From positions 1 through 34,772 of the forward strand of contig CAZAMI010000002.1 of NCBI GenBank assembly GCA_964486465.1: a stretch of DNA of 34,772 bases, written 5' to 3'. Position numbers and translations under genes: made by a program. Every line of letters begins with the position of its first letter. Positions within the stretch are counted from its first letter, which is position 1. Origin of the DNA: an uncultured Desulfurococcaceae archaeon. GTDB taxonomy: Archaea > Thermoproteota > Thermoprotei_A > Sulfolobales > NBVN01. Positions 27,473 to 34,772 of the stretch are shown piece after piece. The notes under the pieces were generated by a model, which did not search any database, was not told where the DNA came from, and was given only the letters and a program-made list of their open reading frames with translations.

Positions 27473-27808
27473 ATGAGCAAGAAAAGAAGGTTAAGGAAGA
27501 GATACATGGTTTTCGAATTAATTACCTACGGAAAGAACTTAAACATAAGTAAAGAGGAACTTGATGCACTCATAAAGAAGTGTTTTAGGGAACTCTTTGG
27601 TTTATTAGAACTATCACGTTCAGGGTTATCACTTGTAGTAATCGATAAGAATAAGTTTAGGGGCATACTAAGATATAACTCTACCTATCGTACTAAAGTA
27701 CTCATGGCGCTTGCCTTACTCCAAATGAGGGAGGGCATAATCTTTAATCCATTGAGAACAACAGGTACCTTGAGAAAGGCATTAAGATATACTAGAATCA
27801 CTAAGTAA
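27473..27808 (+). CDS. rnp2: RNase P protein component 2 (Pop5-like)
   Basis: From ATG 27473: MSKKRRLRKRYMVFELI...ELFGLLELSRSGLSLV...FRGILRYNSTYRTKVLMALALL...PLRTTGTLRKA fits the Pop5 pattern and size (111 aa). The ORF remains open upstream to 27305, which would add a hydrophobic 56-aa extension. Confidence 0.7.
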   Translation: MSKKRRLRKRYMVFELITYGKNLNISKEELDALIKKCFRELFGLLELSRSGLSLVVIDKNKFRGILRYNSTYRTKVLMALALLQMREGIIFNPLRTTGTLRKALRYTRITK

Positions 27809-27863
27809 GGTCAGTTCGTCGCGAGATCTTCATCAATCATATTGGAGCGGCTTCATCATCCTC
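27809..27863 (-). ncRNA. candidate C/D box sRNA with non-canonical internal spacing
   Basis: Minus strand reads GAGG-ATGATGA(C)-AGCCGCTCCAAT(12 nt)-ATGA(D'-like)-T-TGATGA(C')-AGATCTCGCGACGAA(15 nt)-CTGA(D)-CCTT. GAGG/CCTT can form a 4-bp terminal stem, and the guides are G+C-rich. The 1-nt D'-C' linker and the 15-nt spacer are atypical. Confidence 0.3.
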
Positions 27864-27930
27864 TAAACATGTGTTTACTCAAGTTAAAACTTTACTTTAG
27901 CGATATTGTTAATAATTCCTCTTACTAATA
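27864..27930. promoter_or_regulatory. AT-rich spacer between the two divergent sRNA candidates; possible bidirectional promoter
   Basis: TATA-like TTAATAATT (about 27910-27918) sits about 15-20 nt before 27931. TTAAAACTTTACTTTA (27884-27899) sits about 25-30 nt before the minus-strand candidate's 5' end. Inferred only. Confidence 0.3.
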
Positions 27931-27994
27931 ACTACTTGATGATGTAACCGTCAGTGACTGAGTGGTGATGTATGGGACCCTCTCTGAAAGTGGT
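27931..27994 (+). ncRNA. C/D box sRNA (2'-O-methylation guide), dual guide, with terminal stem
   Basis: 5' stem strand ACTACTT 27931-27937; C box ATGATGT 27939-27945; 12-nt guide 27946-27957; D' CTGA 27958-27961; 3-nt linker; C' GTGATGT 27965-27971; 12-nt guide 27972-27983; D CTGA 27984-27987; 3' stem strand AAGTGGT 27988-27994 (7 bp including one G-U). Confidence 0.7.
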
Positions 27995-28002
27995 GTGGCT
28001 TA

Positions 28003-29181
28003 ATGATCGTGAGTAAGAAAGTAATTGATTTACTTGCTAACGTCCTTTACGAAGTACTTAACCATAAAGTCTCAATTGATGTAGCTTTTAAAAGAGCATG
28101 TAGGGGTAAATGCGCTTCAAACTTAGATGAGCGTGAGAGACTTTATGAGCTTTCAAGAAGATTTGTCTCAGATTATTTTAAACTATTGTGTACAATAAAT
28201 AAGAAGGAGGTAAGTCTTAAGAAGCTAGCACGTATATGGCTTAAAGGCGTTAGCAGCGGGAAATTCACGAATCCCGCATGTAAACTCTCATATAGTGAAT
28301 GGTTTTATAAAAGGATTAAGGAGCTATTAGGAGATGAAACTAGTGCTTTACTTAACGCTATGAATGAGCGGCGATGGTGGCTAAGGATTAACACATTACT
28401 AGCACCTGAAGAAAGTGTTCTTAGAATGCTAGACCATGAAGGCGTTGAGTATGTTGTTGATAAGGATTATTCATTCATGGTTAAGGTAATTAAAAGCCCT
28501 AAACCCATTAGGCTATTAAGGCCTGTGAAGGAGTTTAAGGCGGTACCTCAGGATAAAGCCTCAGTAGCTGTTATTGAAGCATTAAAACCACAACCAGGCG
28601 ACGTAATCTTGGACATGACGGCAGCTCCAGGCATGAAAACATCGTTAATAATGATGTTAACAGAGAATAAAGCTCAAATTATTGCTGTTGATGTAAGTAT
28701 TAAGAGGTTAAAAATTATGAGGGAATTACTTAGGAAACTAGGTGTTGACATAAGTAAGGTACATATAGTTCACAGTGATGCAGTATACTTTAAGATCAGG
28801 TATGCTGATAAAATATTACTTGATGCTCCATGTAGTAATAGTGGTGCTATAGACAAGGACCCTGGTATTAAGATTCATTTAAGTGAGGGTAAGATTCAGT
28901 ATTACTCAAACATTCAGAGGAACTTACTAATGAACACACTTAAACTTGGGGTTAAAGAAGTGGTTTATTCGACATGCTCAATAATGCCTGAGGAAGGCGA
29001 GTATGTGATTGACTATGTTAAGAAAAATCTACGAGGTCTATCCATAAAGCTTGTTAAAGAAGTTAAATGGGCTAATCATGGTTATGCAGTAGTTGACTTC
29101 TATGAAAACCTCATGAGGCTCTTCCCACACATACATGGTACTGAAGGCTTCTTTATAGCTAAGATCTACGTATCGCAATAA
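28003..29181 (+). CDS. NOL1/NOP2/Sun-family RNA (cytosine-C5)-methyltransferase
   Basis: SAM motif ILDMTAAPGMKT, catalytic motif IV LLDAPCSNSGAI and motif VI VYSTCSIMPEEGE. 392 aa. Confidence 0.9.
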   Translation: MIVSKKVIDLLANVLYEVLNHKVSIDVAFKRACRGKCASNLDERERLYELSRRFVSDYFKLLCTINKKEVSLKKLARIWLKGVSSGKFTNPACKLSYSEWFYKRIKELLGDETSALLNAMNERRWWLRINTLLAPEESVLRMLDHEGVEYVVDKDYSFMVKVIKSPKPIRLLRPVKEFKAVPQDKASVAVIEALKPQPGDVILDMTAAPGMKTSLIMMLTENKAQIIAVDVSIKRLKIMRELLRKLGVDISKVHIVHSDAVYFKIRYADKILLDAPCSNSGAIDKDPGIKIHLSEGKIQYYSNIQRNLLMNTLKLGVKEVVYSTCSIMPEEGEYVIDYVKKNLRGLSIKLVKEVKWANHGYAVVDFYENLMRLFPHIHGTEGFFIAKIYVSQ

Positions 29182-29608
29182 ATATAGCTAGTCCATCGCA
29201 GCATTCCCTTAAGTCATTAATGAGCCTTCTATCTAAGTCAAGGGCTGATTTATCTGACTTAATACCTGCCGTATTATCTGCTACATACGTTGACTTACGT
29301 ATAATTATCTTGTTTTTATCAGCGTATGAAAGCTTAGGATGACCTTCAGCGTTAATTATATCGTAATTACCTTTACTACTAATTATCACTACTAATAGTT
29401 TCGAATTATTGCTACGTACGATTTCTTTAAACTTAGTACTAAAATCACTTAATGCTTTATCTGATGAAACACCAATAATGCAGTCACCTCTAGGTGTCAA
29501 TTCCTTATCCTTGGTGATTTCCAGTGTTGTTCTATGAGTTGCTCTTACATTCCTATGACCCTTAAACTTCACTATCTCTACACAGAACCACGAATTACAG
29601 AGAAACAT
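29159..29608 (-). CDS. DUF371 domain protein
   Basis: KFKGHRNVRATHRTTLEITKDKELTPRGDCIIGV is the characteristic DUF371 N-terminus. Its 3' end overlaps the convergent methyltransferase by 23 nt. Confidence 0.7.
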   Translation of the reverse strand: MFLCNSWFCVEIVKFKGHRNVRATHRTTLEITKDKELTPRGDCIIGVSSDKALSDFSTKFKEIVRSNNSKLLVVIISSKGNYDIINAEGHPKLSYADKNKIIIRKSTYVADNTAGIKSDKSALDLDRRLINDLRECCDGLAIFIAIRRS

Positions 29609-29649
29609 CTTTCTACCCTAAAGCATTAAACCTCTAAGACACTATTTAA

Positions 29650-30336
29650 ATGGTGTTTATGAAGGACTTCAGTAAGTTAAGGAGGGAGCTGGTTAAGAGA
29701 TTGATTAATGAAGGACTATTGAGGAGTGAGAAAGTTATTAAGGCTATGTTAAAAGTTCCTAGAGAAGAATTTGTGCCAAGGAGGTACAGAAGTTATGCTT
29801 ACCACGATACACCGTTACCCATAGGTTATGGCCAAACTATAAGTGCCCCTCACATGGTAGCGATAATGACTGAAGCATTAGATCCGCAACTAGGTGATAA
29901 GGTACTAGAAATAGGTACTGGTAGTGGATATCAAGCAGCAGTAATTGCTGAAATAGTCGGCAATGAAGGCCATGTATGGAGTGTTGAAAGAATTAAAGAA
30001 TTAGCTGAGTTCGCTAGGGAGAATCTTGAAAGAACTTCTTACATTAGGAGGGTTACGATAGTAATAGGTGATGGTAGTAAGGGGTATGAGCCTGCAGCAC
30101 CTTACGATAAAATAATAGTTACTGCTGCAGCACCTGACATACCTAAACCACTAATTAATCAATTAAAAATTGGTGGTAAGATAGTCATACCTATAGGTGA
30201 TAGATATAGTCAAAGATTAGTAATTGCGATCAAAGTAGGTGAGGATAGAGTTAAAAGGGAGTATGGTATACCCTGCATCTTTGTACCATTAATTGGTGAA
30301 TACGGGTTTAGAGAGAATGAAGAGGGAAATTTTTAG
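29650..30336 (+). CDS. pcm: protein-L-isoaspartate O-methyltransferase
   Basis: VPREEFVP, GQTISAPHMVAIM, VLEIGTGSGYQAAV (SAM motif) and YDKIIVTAAAP. Confidence 0.9.
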   Translation: MVFMKDFSKLRRELVKRLINEGLLRSEKVIKAMLKVPREEFVPRRYRSYAYHDTPLPIGYGQTISAPHMVAIMTEALDPQLGDKVLEIGTGSGYQAAVIAEIVGNEGHVWSVERIKELAEFARENLERTSYIRRVTIVIGDGSKGYEPAAPYDKIIVTAAAPDIPKPLINQLKIGGKIVIPIGDRYSQRLVIAIKVGEDRVKREYGIPCIFVPLIGEYGFRENEEGNF

Positions 30337-30382
30337 AATATTTTTAAGCCTCCAGTAACTATTCTCATCAGTTGGTGATGGG

Positions 30383-31030
30383 ATGCCCGAATTCAAGGTA
30401 GTGATTAATGATCCTGAAGCAGGAGATCCGTGCCCTATCCTAGTCAAGATTAAAGGTGTAGATGAATTGAAGTATACTGAGGATCATAAGGAGGGCAGGG
30501 AGTTTATTGAAGCTAGGATAAACCCCAAGACTATGGAAATGATTAAGGCGCCATACAACATAGCCACTATCAGGATATGGAAGAATAAAGCAACTAGGGA
30601 GAAGGTTAATATAACGGTAAAGCTTGTTCCCGATAATAGTATACCAGAATTTACCGTATACCTACCTAAGTCCTTGTTAATAGAGAAATTAGGTGCTGAG
30701 GAAGTATTGGGCGAGATATTCAGAGCCAAAGCCTTCCAAATAACCTTAACTGGTGAGAAAGCAACCATATTTATAGGTAAGAAGATAGGTGATGTTATTG
30801 ATGCATCAGTTGTCGGGATCAAAGGTAAGAAACTCCTGATAACTGGCGGTAGCGATTTTGCTGGTTTCCCCATGATTCCAACACTTCCTGGTGCTGGTAA
30901 GAGGGCGTTACTTCTGTCGCAACCTCCAGGTTTCCATCCCAAAGAGAAAGGCGAGCGTAGACGAAAATATGTGAGGGGCAACACAATAAGTGATGAAATA
31001 GTTCAAATAAATACTAAGTTAGTAAGTTAG
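30383..31030 (+). CDS. rps6e: 30S ribosomal protein S6e (long crenarchaeal form)
   Basis: FKVVINDP N-terminus. ITGGSDFAGFPM and KRALLLSQPPGFHPKEKGERRRKYVRGNTI match S6e. Confidence 0.9.
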   Translation: MPEFKVVINDPEAGDPCPILVKIKGVDELKYTEDHKEGREFIEARINPKTMEMIKAPYNIATIRIWKNKATREKVNITVKLVPDNSIPEFTVYLPKSLLIEKLGAEEVLGEIFRAKAFQITLTGEKATIFIGKKIGDVIDASVVGIKGKKLLITGGSDFAGFPMIPTLPGAGKRALLLSQPPGFHPKEKGERRRKYVRGNTISDEIVQINTKLVS

Positions 31031-31467
31031 ACCATGACTACATGAACCCTAGTTAATGAGATGTTTTTAGGACATTGAAGTCTACCTAATATCTTAACTA
31101 TCTTAACCTTACCACTTCCTGGCAAATATCTAGGGTTACATACACTATAATTTACGCACTTATTTATGTCGCATTTAATCTTGGAGTAATTTATGATCAT
31201 ACCTTCAATAGCTAATTTCGTTGGCACGGCTGCCTCAATAGTTGCTTCCTCAACTTCAACTGTGACAACATATTGATTTACGGGACATCTATTCTTTACT
31301 CCTAAAACCTTGACGACTTTGTATACATGCCCTTTCTTCAATTTATCTATGCATACCTTCCTGAACCTGCAGTTCATACATTCTGGTGCTGGTCCTGAGA
31401 AAACAAATGTATATCCTTTCTTAGCCGTTAGATAGCTAATTAATGTTATATATCCCACTTCAACCAC
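31027..31467 (-). CDS. UPF0179 family Cys-rich protein
   Basis: ITLISYLTAKKGYTFVFSGPAPECMNCRFRKVCIDKLKKGHVYKVVKV....CP is the conserved UPF0179 N-terminal pattern, with a second Cys cluster in the C-terminal half. Confidence 0.75.
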   Translation of the reverse strand: MVEVGYITLISYLTAKKGYTFVFSGPAPECMNCRFRKVCIDKLKKGHVYKVVKVLGVKNRCPVNQYVVTVEVEEATIEAAVPTKLAIEGMIINYSKIKCDINKCVNYSVCNPRYLPGSGKVKIVKILGRLQCPKNISLTRVHVVMV

Positions 31468-31474
31468 CCCTAAT

Positions 31475-32536
31475 TTAGTCTATGACACCAGTAACCCTAG
31501 CTAATCTCTCTGCCGCCTCCCAGGTTAGCCCTGATTCACCAAGTATCGTATACCTTTCAGGCCTTATTTTATGAGCTATAGTTAATGCCTTAATAATATC
31601 TACATCCTTAACACCCAGTTCCTTAGCTGTTGTCGGCAGTCCTAGCTTCTTAACTATGTATTTAATTCTTCTCCACTTCCTACCGTGAAGATAAGCCATC
31701 ATTATGGTGCCTAAGGCTACTTGTTCACCATGTAGTGCTGGGTAATTAGCTATGAGATCTAATGCGTGACTAAATAAGTGTTCTGAACCACTTGCTGGTC
31801 TCGTAGATCCAGCAATACACATAGCTGTTGATGAACTTATTAAACCCTCAATGACTATCCTAGCAGCTTCAGGACCCCCCCTGGATATTACATCACTAAA
31901 ACTTAGGATATGTTTTGCTGAGAGAAGTGAGAGTGAGGCGGCATATTCACCATAATACTCTCCCTTTAGTCTATGAGCTAACCTCCAGTCAAGTACGGCT
32001 GTAAATTTACCTATTAGGTCTCCAGCACCAGCTAGTAGTAGCCTCTTCGGCGCTCTAGATATTAGATCCACATCAGCTATGATAGCTATTGGCGGCTTAG
32101 CCTTAACTGAAGTAATCCTTCCTGTTCCTCTAAGTGATACAAACGGTGATGCAACACCATCATGAGACGCAGCCGTAGGGACACTAATGAAGTCTATACC
32201 TAAATTTACAGCAGCATATTTAGCTACATCTATAGCTTTACCTCCGCCTAAACCGATAATGATACGTGGAGCCTTACTTTTAGAATCGTCCAGTACGTCA
32301 TTAGCGGTGTCCACTTTAGAATCCCTCACTACTACTAAGTCAACATTAAACCCTTCACTACTTAACTCATTGGCTACTTTCTCACCAATCAAGAACTTAA
32401 CGTTAGGTCCTGTAATTATTAAGACCTTACTATTAGTACTAGTTAACTCTTTAACAATGCTCCCTAATTCCCTAATCACACCACTTCCAACAACTACCTT
32501 CTTCGGTAGTTCGATATAGTGCTTACTTAAGCTCAA
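31475..32536 (-). CDS. egsA: NAD(P)-dependent sn-glycerol-1-phosphate dehydrogenase
   Basis: [28 protein letters not shown] and HALD....HGEQVALG (metal ligands). 353 aa. Confidence 0.9.
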   Translation of the reverse strand: MSLSKHYIELPKKVVVGSGVIRELGSIVKELTSTNSKVLIITGPNVKFLIGEKVANELSSEGFNVDLVVVRDSKVDTANDVLDDSKSKAPRIIIGLGGGKAIDVAKYAAVNLGIDFISVPTAASHDGVASPFVSLRGTGRITSVKAKPPIAIIADVDLISRAPKRLLLAGAGDLIGKFTAVLDWRLAHRLKGEYYGEYAASLSLLSAKHILSFSDVISRGGPEAARIVIEGLISSSTAMCIAGSTRPASGSEHLFSHALDLIANYPALHGEQVALGTIMMAYLHGRKWRRIKYIVKKLGLPTTAKELGVKDVDIIKALTIAHKIRPERYTILGESGLTWEAAERLARVTGVID

Positions 32537-32678
32537 GCCCGCAACCTAAAACAAACATATGTGTTGGAGTATATGACTTTATATGCTTATAACTTGGTAT
32601 TACCTAGCAAGTAGGTTTAAAAACCTAGTTAAGTTAATTAAGTTCAAAGAGGTTACGGGTTGGGGAGGGTATAGAGTT

Positions 32679-33278
32679 ATGCATACTTATAAGGTGCTTA
32701 AAGGAACGACTACAGTAGGTATTAGAACGAATGAAGCGGTAATCTTAGCTGCGGATAAGAGAGCTAGTAGTGGTTACTATGTAGCACATAAGACTGTTAG
32801 GAAAATAGTTAAGATTGATGACCATATAGCAATGACAATCTCTGGATTAGTTGCTGATGCTCAAATGCTATCATCAATACTTCAATACATAGCACGGGAT
32901 TATAAAATTAATACTGGTATGCCCATACCCGTAAGAAACATAGTTTCCTACTTAGCATTACTACTTAACAGCACTAAGTACTTCCCATACATAGTTCAGC
33001 TACTTGTTGGAGGATATGACGACTCACCTAAACTATACTCAGTTGAGTGGTTTGGTGATTACACTCAAGAGGACTATGCTGTAAGTGGCTCCGGGTCCCC
33101 AGTAGCTGTTGGAGTTCTTGAGGCTCGCTACAGGAGAGATATGGGTGTCGAGGAAGCCATTAAATTAGCTGTTGAAGCAGTTAGAGCCTCCATTAAGAGG
33201 GACGTATTTACTGGTGAGGCTATAGACGTAGCTGTTATTACTCGTGATGGCATTAAATTCATGAGTTTTCCGAGGTAG
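32679..33278 (+). CDS. psmB: proteasome subunit beta (with short propeptide)
   Basis: MHTYKVLKG/TTTVGIRTNEAVILAADKRASSG has the catalytic Thr after a 9-aa propeptide. Start placed at ATG 32679, preceded by GGGGAGGG. The track ORF extends to 32583. Confidence 0.9.
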   Translation: MHTYKVLKGTTTVGIRTNEAVILAADKRASSGYYVAHKTVRKIVKIDDHIAMTISGLVADAQMLSSILQYIARDYKINTGMPIPVRNIVSYLALLLNSTKYFPYIVQLLVGGYDDSPKLYSVEWFGDYTQEDYAVSGSGSPVAVGVLEARYRRDMGVEEAIKLAVEAVRASIKRDVFTGEAIDVAVITRDGIKFMSFPR

Positions 33279-33286
33279 TTTCTATA

Positions 33287-34772
33287 ATGGTCTTAGCGGA
33301 TAAGGTTAGGGCTAGGATTAGGGAGGAAATATATAAGAGAGTACCTCCTGAGGCGCAGTTAGTTAAGATAGAATTTGAAGGACCTGAAATAGCTATTTAT
33401 GTGAGAAATGTTAAGTTTATAATTGAAAGAGAGGACATAGTTAAGTCGTTAGCTAAGACCTTAAGAAAGAGAATTGTTGTTAGAGTTGATGAATCCGCAA
33501 GATTACCTCAGAAGGAAGCACTAAAGAAGATATTGTCAATCTTGCCTACCGATGTCGAGATGGAAGAGGATGACATAACATTTGATGAAGTCCTTGGTGA
33601 AGTAGTCATAAGGACATCAGATCCCAGGAAGTTCTACCAGGATGATAAATTACTGTACCGAATGATATTTCAATTAACTGGTTGGAGACCTGTCATTGTA
33701 AGGAAAGCGCCTCTCAAGTCCAAAATACTTAACTCAACGCTCAGGTACATAATAGCTCAATCTGATGAGAGGATAAGAATTCTCAGAAATGTTGGGGAGA
33801 GGATTCATAGGGAGGTGTTGTTCAGAGATCAATACGTTAGAGTAACAGCTCTTGGTGGATTCATGGAAGTTGGTAGATCAGCAATACTCGTTGAGACGGC
33901 AGAGTCTAAGGTATTATTAGACTTTGGATTTAATCCCAGTGCGCCATCACCTAGGCAATCAATGCCTAGACTCGATGCCATAGGGATTAAACCTGAGGAA
34001 ATAGATGCTGTTGTTGTCACACACGCACATCTAGATCACTGTGGCTTAATACCGTTTCTATACAAGTATGGTTACGATGGGCCAATATATACTACACAAG
34101 CTACTAGAGATTTAATGACATTACTACATCTAGATCTACTAGAGATATCCAAAAGAGAGGGTAAGGAGCTACCATTTGATTATAGAGATATCGAAAAGGC
34201 ACTGCTACACACGATTACCTTAAGGTATGGCGAGGTAACAGATATAACTTCAGATATAAGGTTAACGCTATATGATGCGGGTCACGTATTAGGGTCAGCT
34301 ATAGCGCACCTACATATAGGTAATGGACTACATAACATAGTTTACACCGGTGACTTCAAGTTTGGCAGGACAAGACTATTAAATAAAGCTAATACGGTAT
34401 TCCCACGTGTTGATACCTTAATTATGGAGTCAACTTATGGAGGTGTTGCACAAAAGTCTAGGGAAGAGGCTGAGAAGGAGCTCATTTCATTAATTAAGAA
34501 AGCTATCGATAGGAAGGGTAAAGTACTAATACCCGCATTAGCTGTTGGTAGGGCTCAGGAGGTTATGGTTGTTATAGCTTATGCCATGAACTCTAGAATA
34601 ATTCCTGAAGTACCAGTATATATTGAAGGTATGATTAATGAGGTAACAGCAATCCATATGGCTTATCCTGAGCTCCTCTCAAGGGAGATTAGGGAGAAGA
34701 TTTATTCTGGTGAGAATCCATTCATGCATAAAGCATTTAAGATACTTGAAGGTAAGACTGCTAGGTTAGAAA
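33287..34772 (+). CDS. aCPSF1/FttA-type KH-domain beta-CASP metallo-beta-lactamase ribonuclease, 3' end truncated by window edge
   Basis: Hand translation from ATG 33287: two N-terminal KH-like modules (VKIEFEGPEIAIYV..., GEVVIRTSDP...), then VTALGGFMEVGRSAILVE, the HAHLDHCG (HxHxDH) motif and DAGHVLGSA. Open to the end of the window. Confidence 0.9.
   Translation, partial: MVLADKVRARIREEIYKRVPPEAQLVKIEFEGPEIAIYVRNVKFIIEREDIVKSLAKTLRKRIVVRVDESARLPQKEALKKILSILPTDVEMEEDDITFDEVLGEVVIRTSDPRKFYQDDKLLYRMIFQLTGWRPVIVRKAPLKSKILNSTLRYIIAQSDERIRILRNVGERIHREVLFRDQYVRVTALGGFMEVGRSAILVETAESKVLLDFGFNPSAPSPRQSMPRLDAIGIKPEEIDAVVVTHAHLDHCGLIPFLYKYGYDGPIYTTQATRDLMTLLHLDLLEISKREGKELPFDYRDIEKALLHTITLRYGEVTDITSDIRLTLYDAGHVLGSAIAHLHIGNGLHNIVYTGDFKFGRTRLLNKANTVFPRVDTLIMESTYGGVAQKSREEAEKELISLIKKAIDRKGKVLIPALAVGRAQEVMVVIAYAMNSRIIPEVPVYIEGMINEVTAIHMAYPELLSREIREKIYSGENPFMHKAFKILEGKTARLE

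Overview
This is a gene-dense, clearly AT-rich archaeal chromosomal segment (GC not computed). The protein set fits a crenarchaeote (Thermoprotei): long-form S6e, separate Kae1 and Bud32, Rpo7/Spt4, G1P dehydrogenase and aCPSF1. Almost all of it is core information-processing and RNA-biology content. That includes NMNAT-RtcA, FKBP, aIF2gamma-PIN-Rpo7-Spt4-S24e-S27ae-Kae1-Bud32-ITPase-S15, a RecJ/Cdc45-like gene with Pcc1 and S3Ae, L15e-DUF54-Rpp30-Pop5, a NOL1/NOP2/Sun m5C methyltransferase, PIMT, S6e, EgsA, and PsmB-aCPSF1. The left third is metabolic or accessory: membrane proteins, YbjQ, a four-gene Fe-S/flavoprotein cluster of the alpha-beta-gamma-delta dye-linked L-proline dehydrogenase type, a biotin-domain-less carboxyltransferase, a HAD hydrolase and a HemN-like radical SAM enzyme. 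I found no rRNA, tRNA, CRISPR array, IS element, integrase or recognisable defence or toxin-antitoxin module. I cannot honestly support a new multi-gene protein system here. The signals the ORF track does not explain are at the RNA level or are gene-integrity issues. (1) Two textbook C/D box sRNA genes (about 11032-11107 and 27931-27994) have exact 12-nt guide spacing and flanking stems, and a weaker third candidate lies divergent to the second. (2) A 958-bp ORF-poor gap (8715-9672) contains a short G+C-rich nested hairpin island. (3) A CDF-like transporter is split by a 1-nt frame disruption. (4) Several proteins have degenerate catalytic or metal motifs (RecJ/Cdc45-like, HAD, aIF2gamma zinc knuckle). 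S27ae and the two window-edge partial genes were missing from the ORF track and were added by hand translation. All family calls rest on motif recognition by eye; no database search was run.
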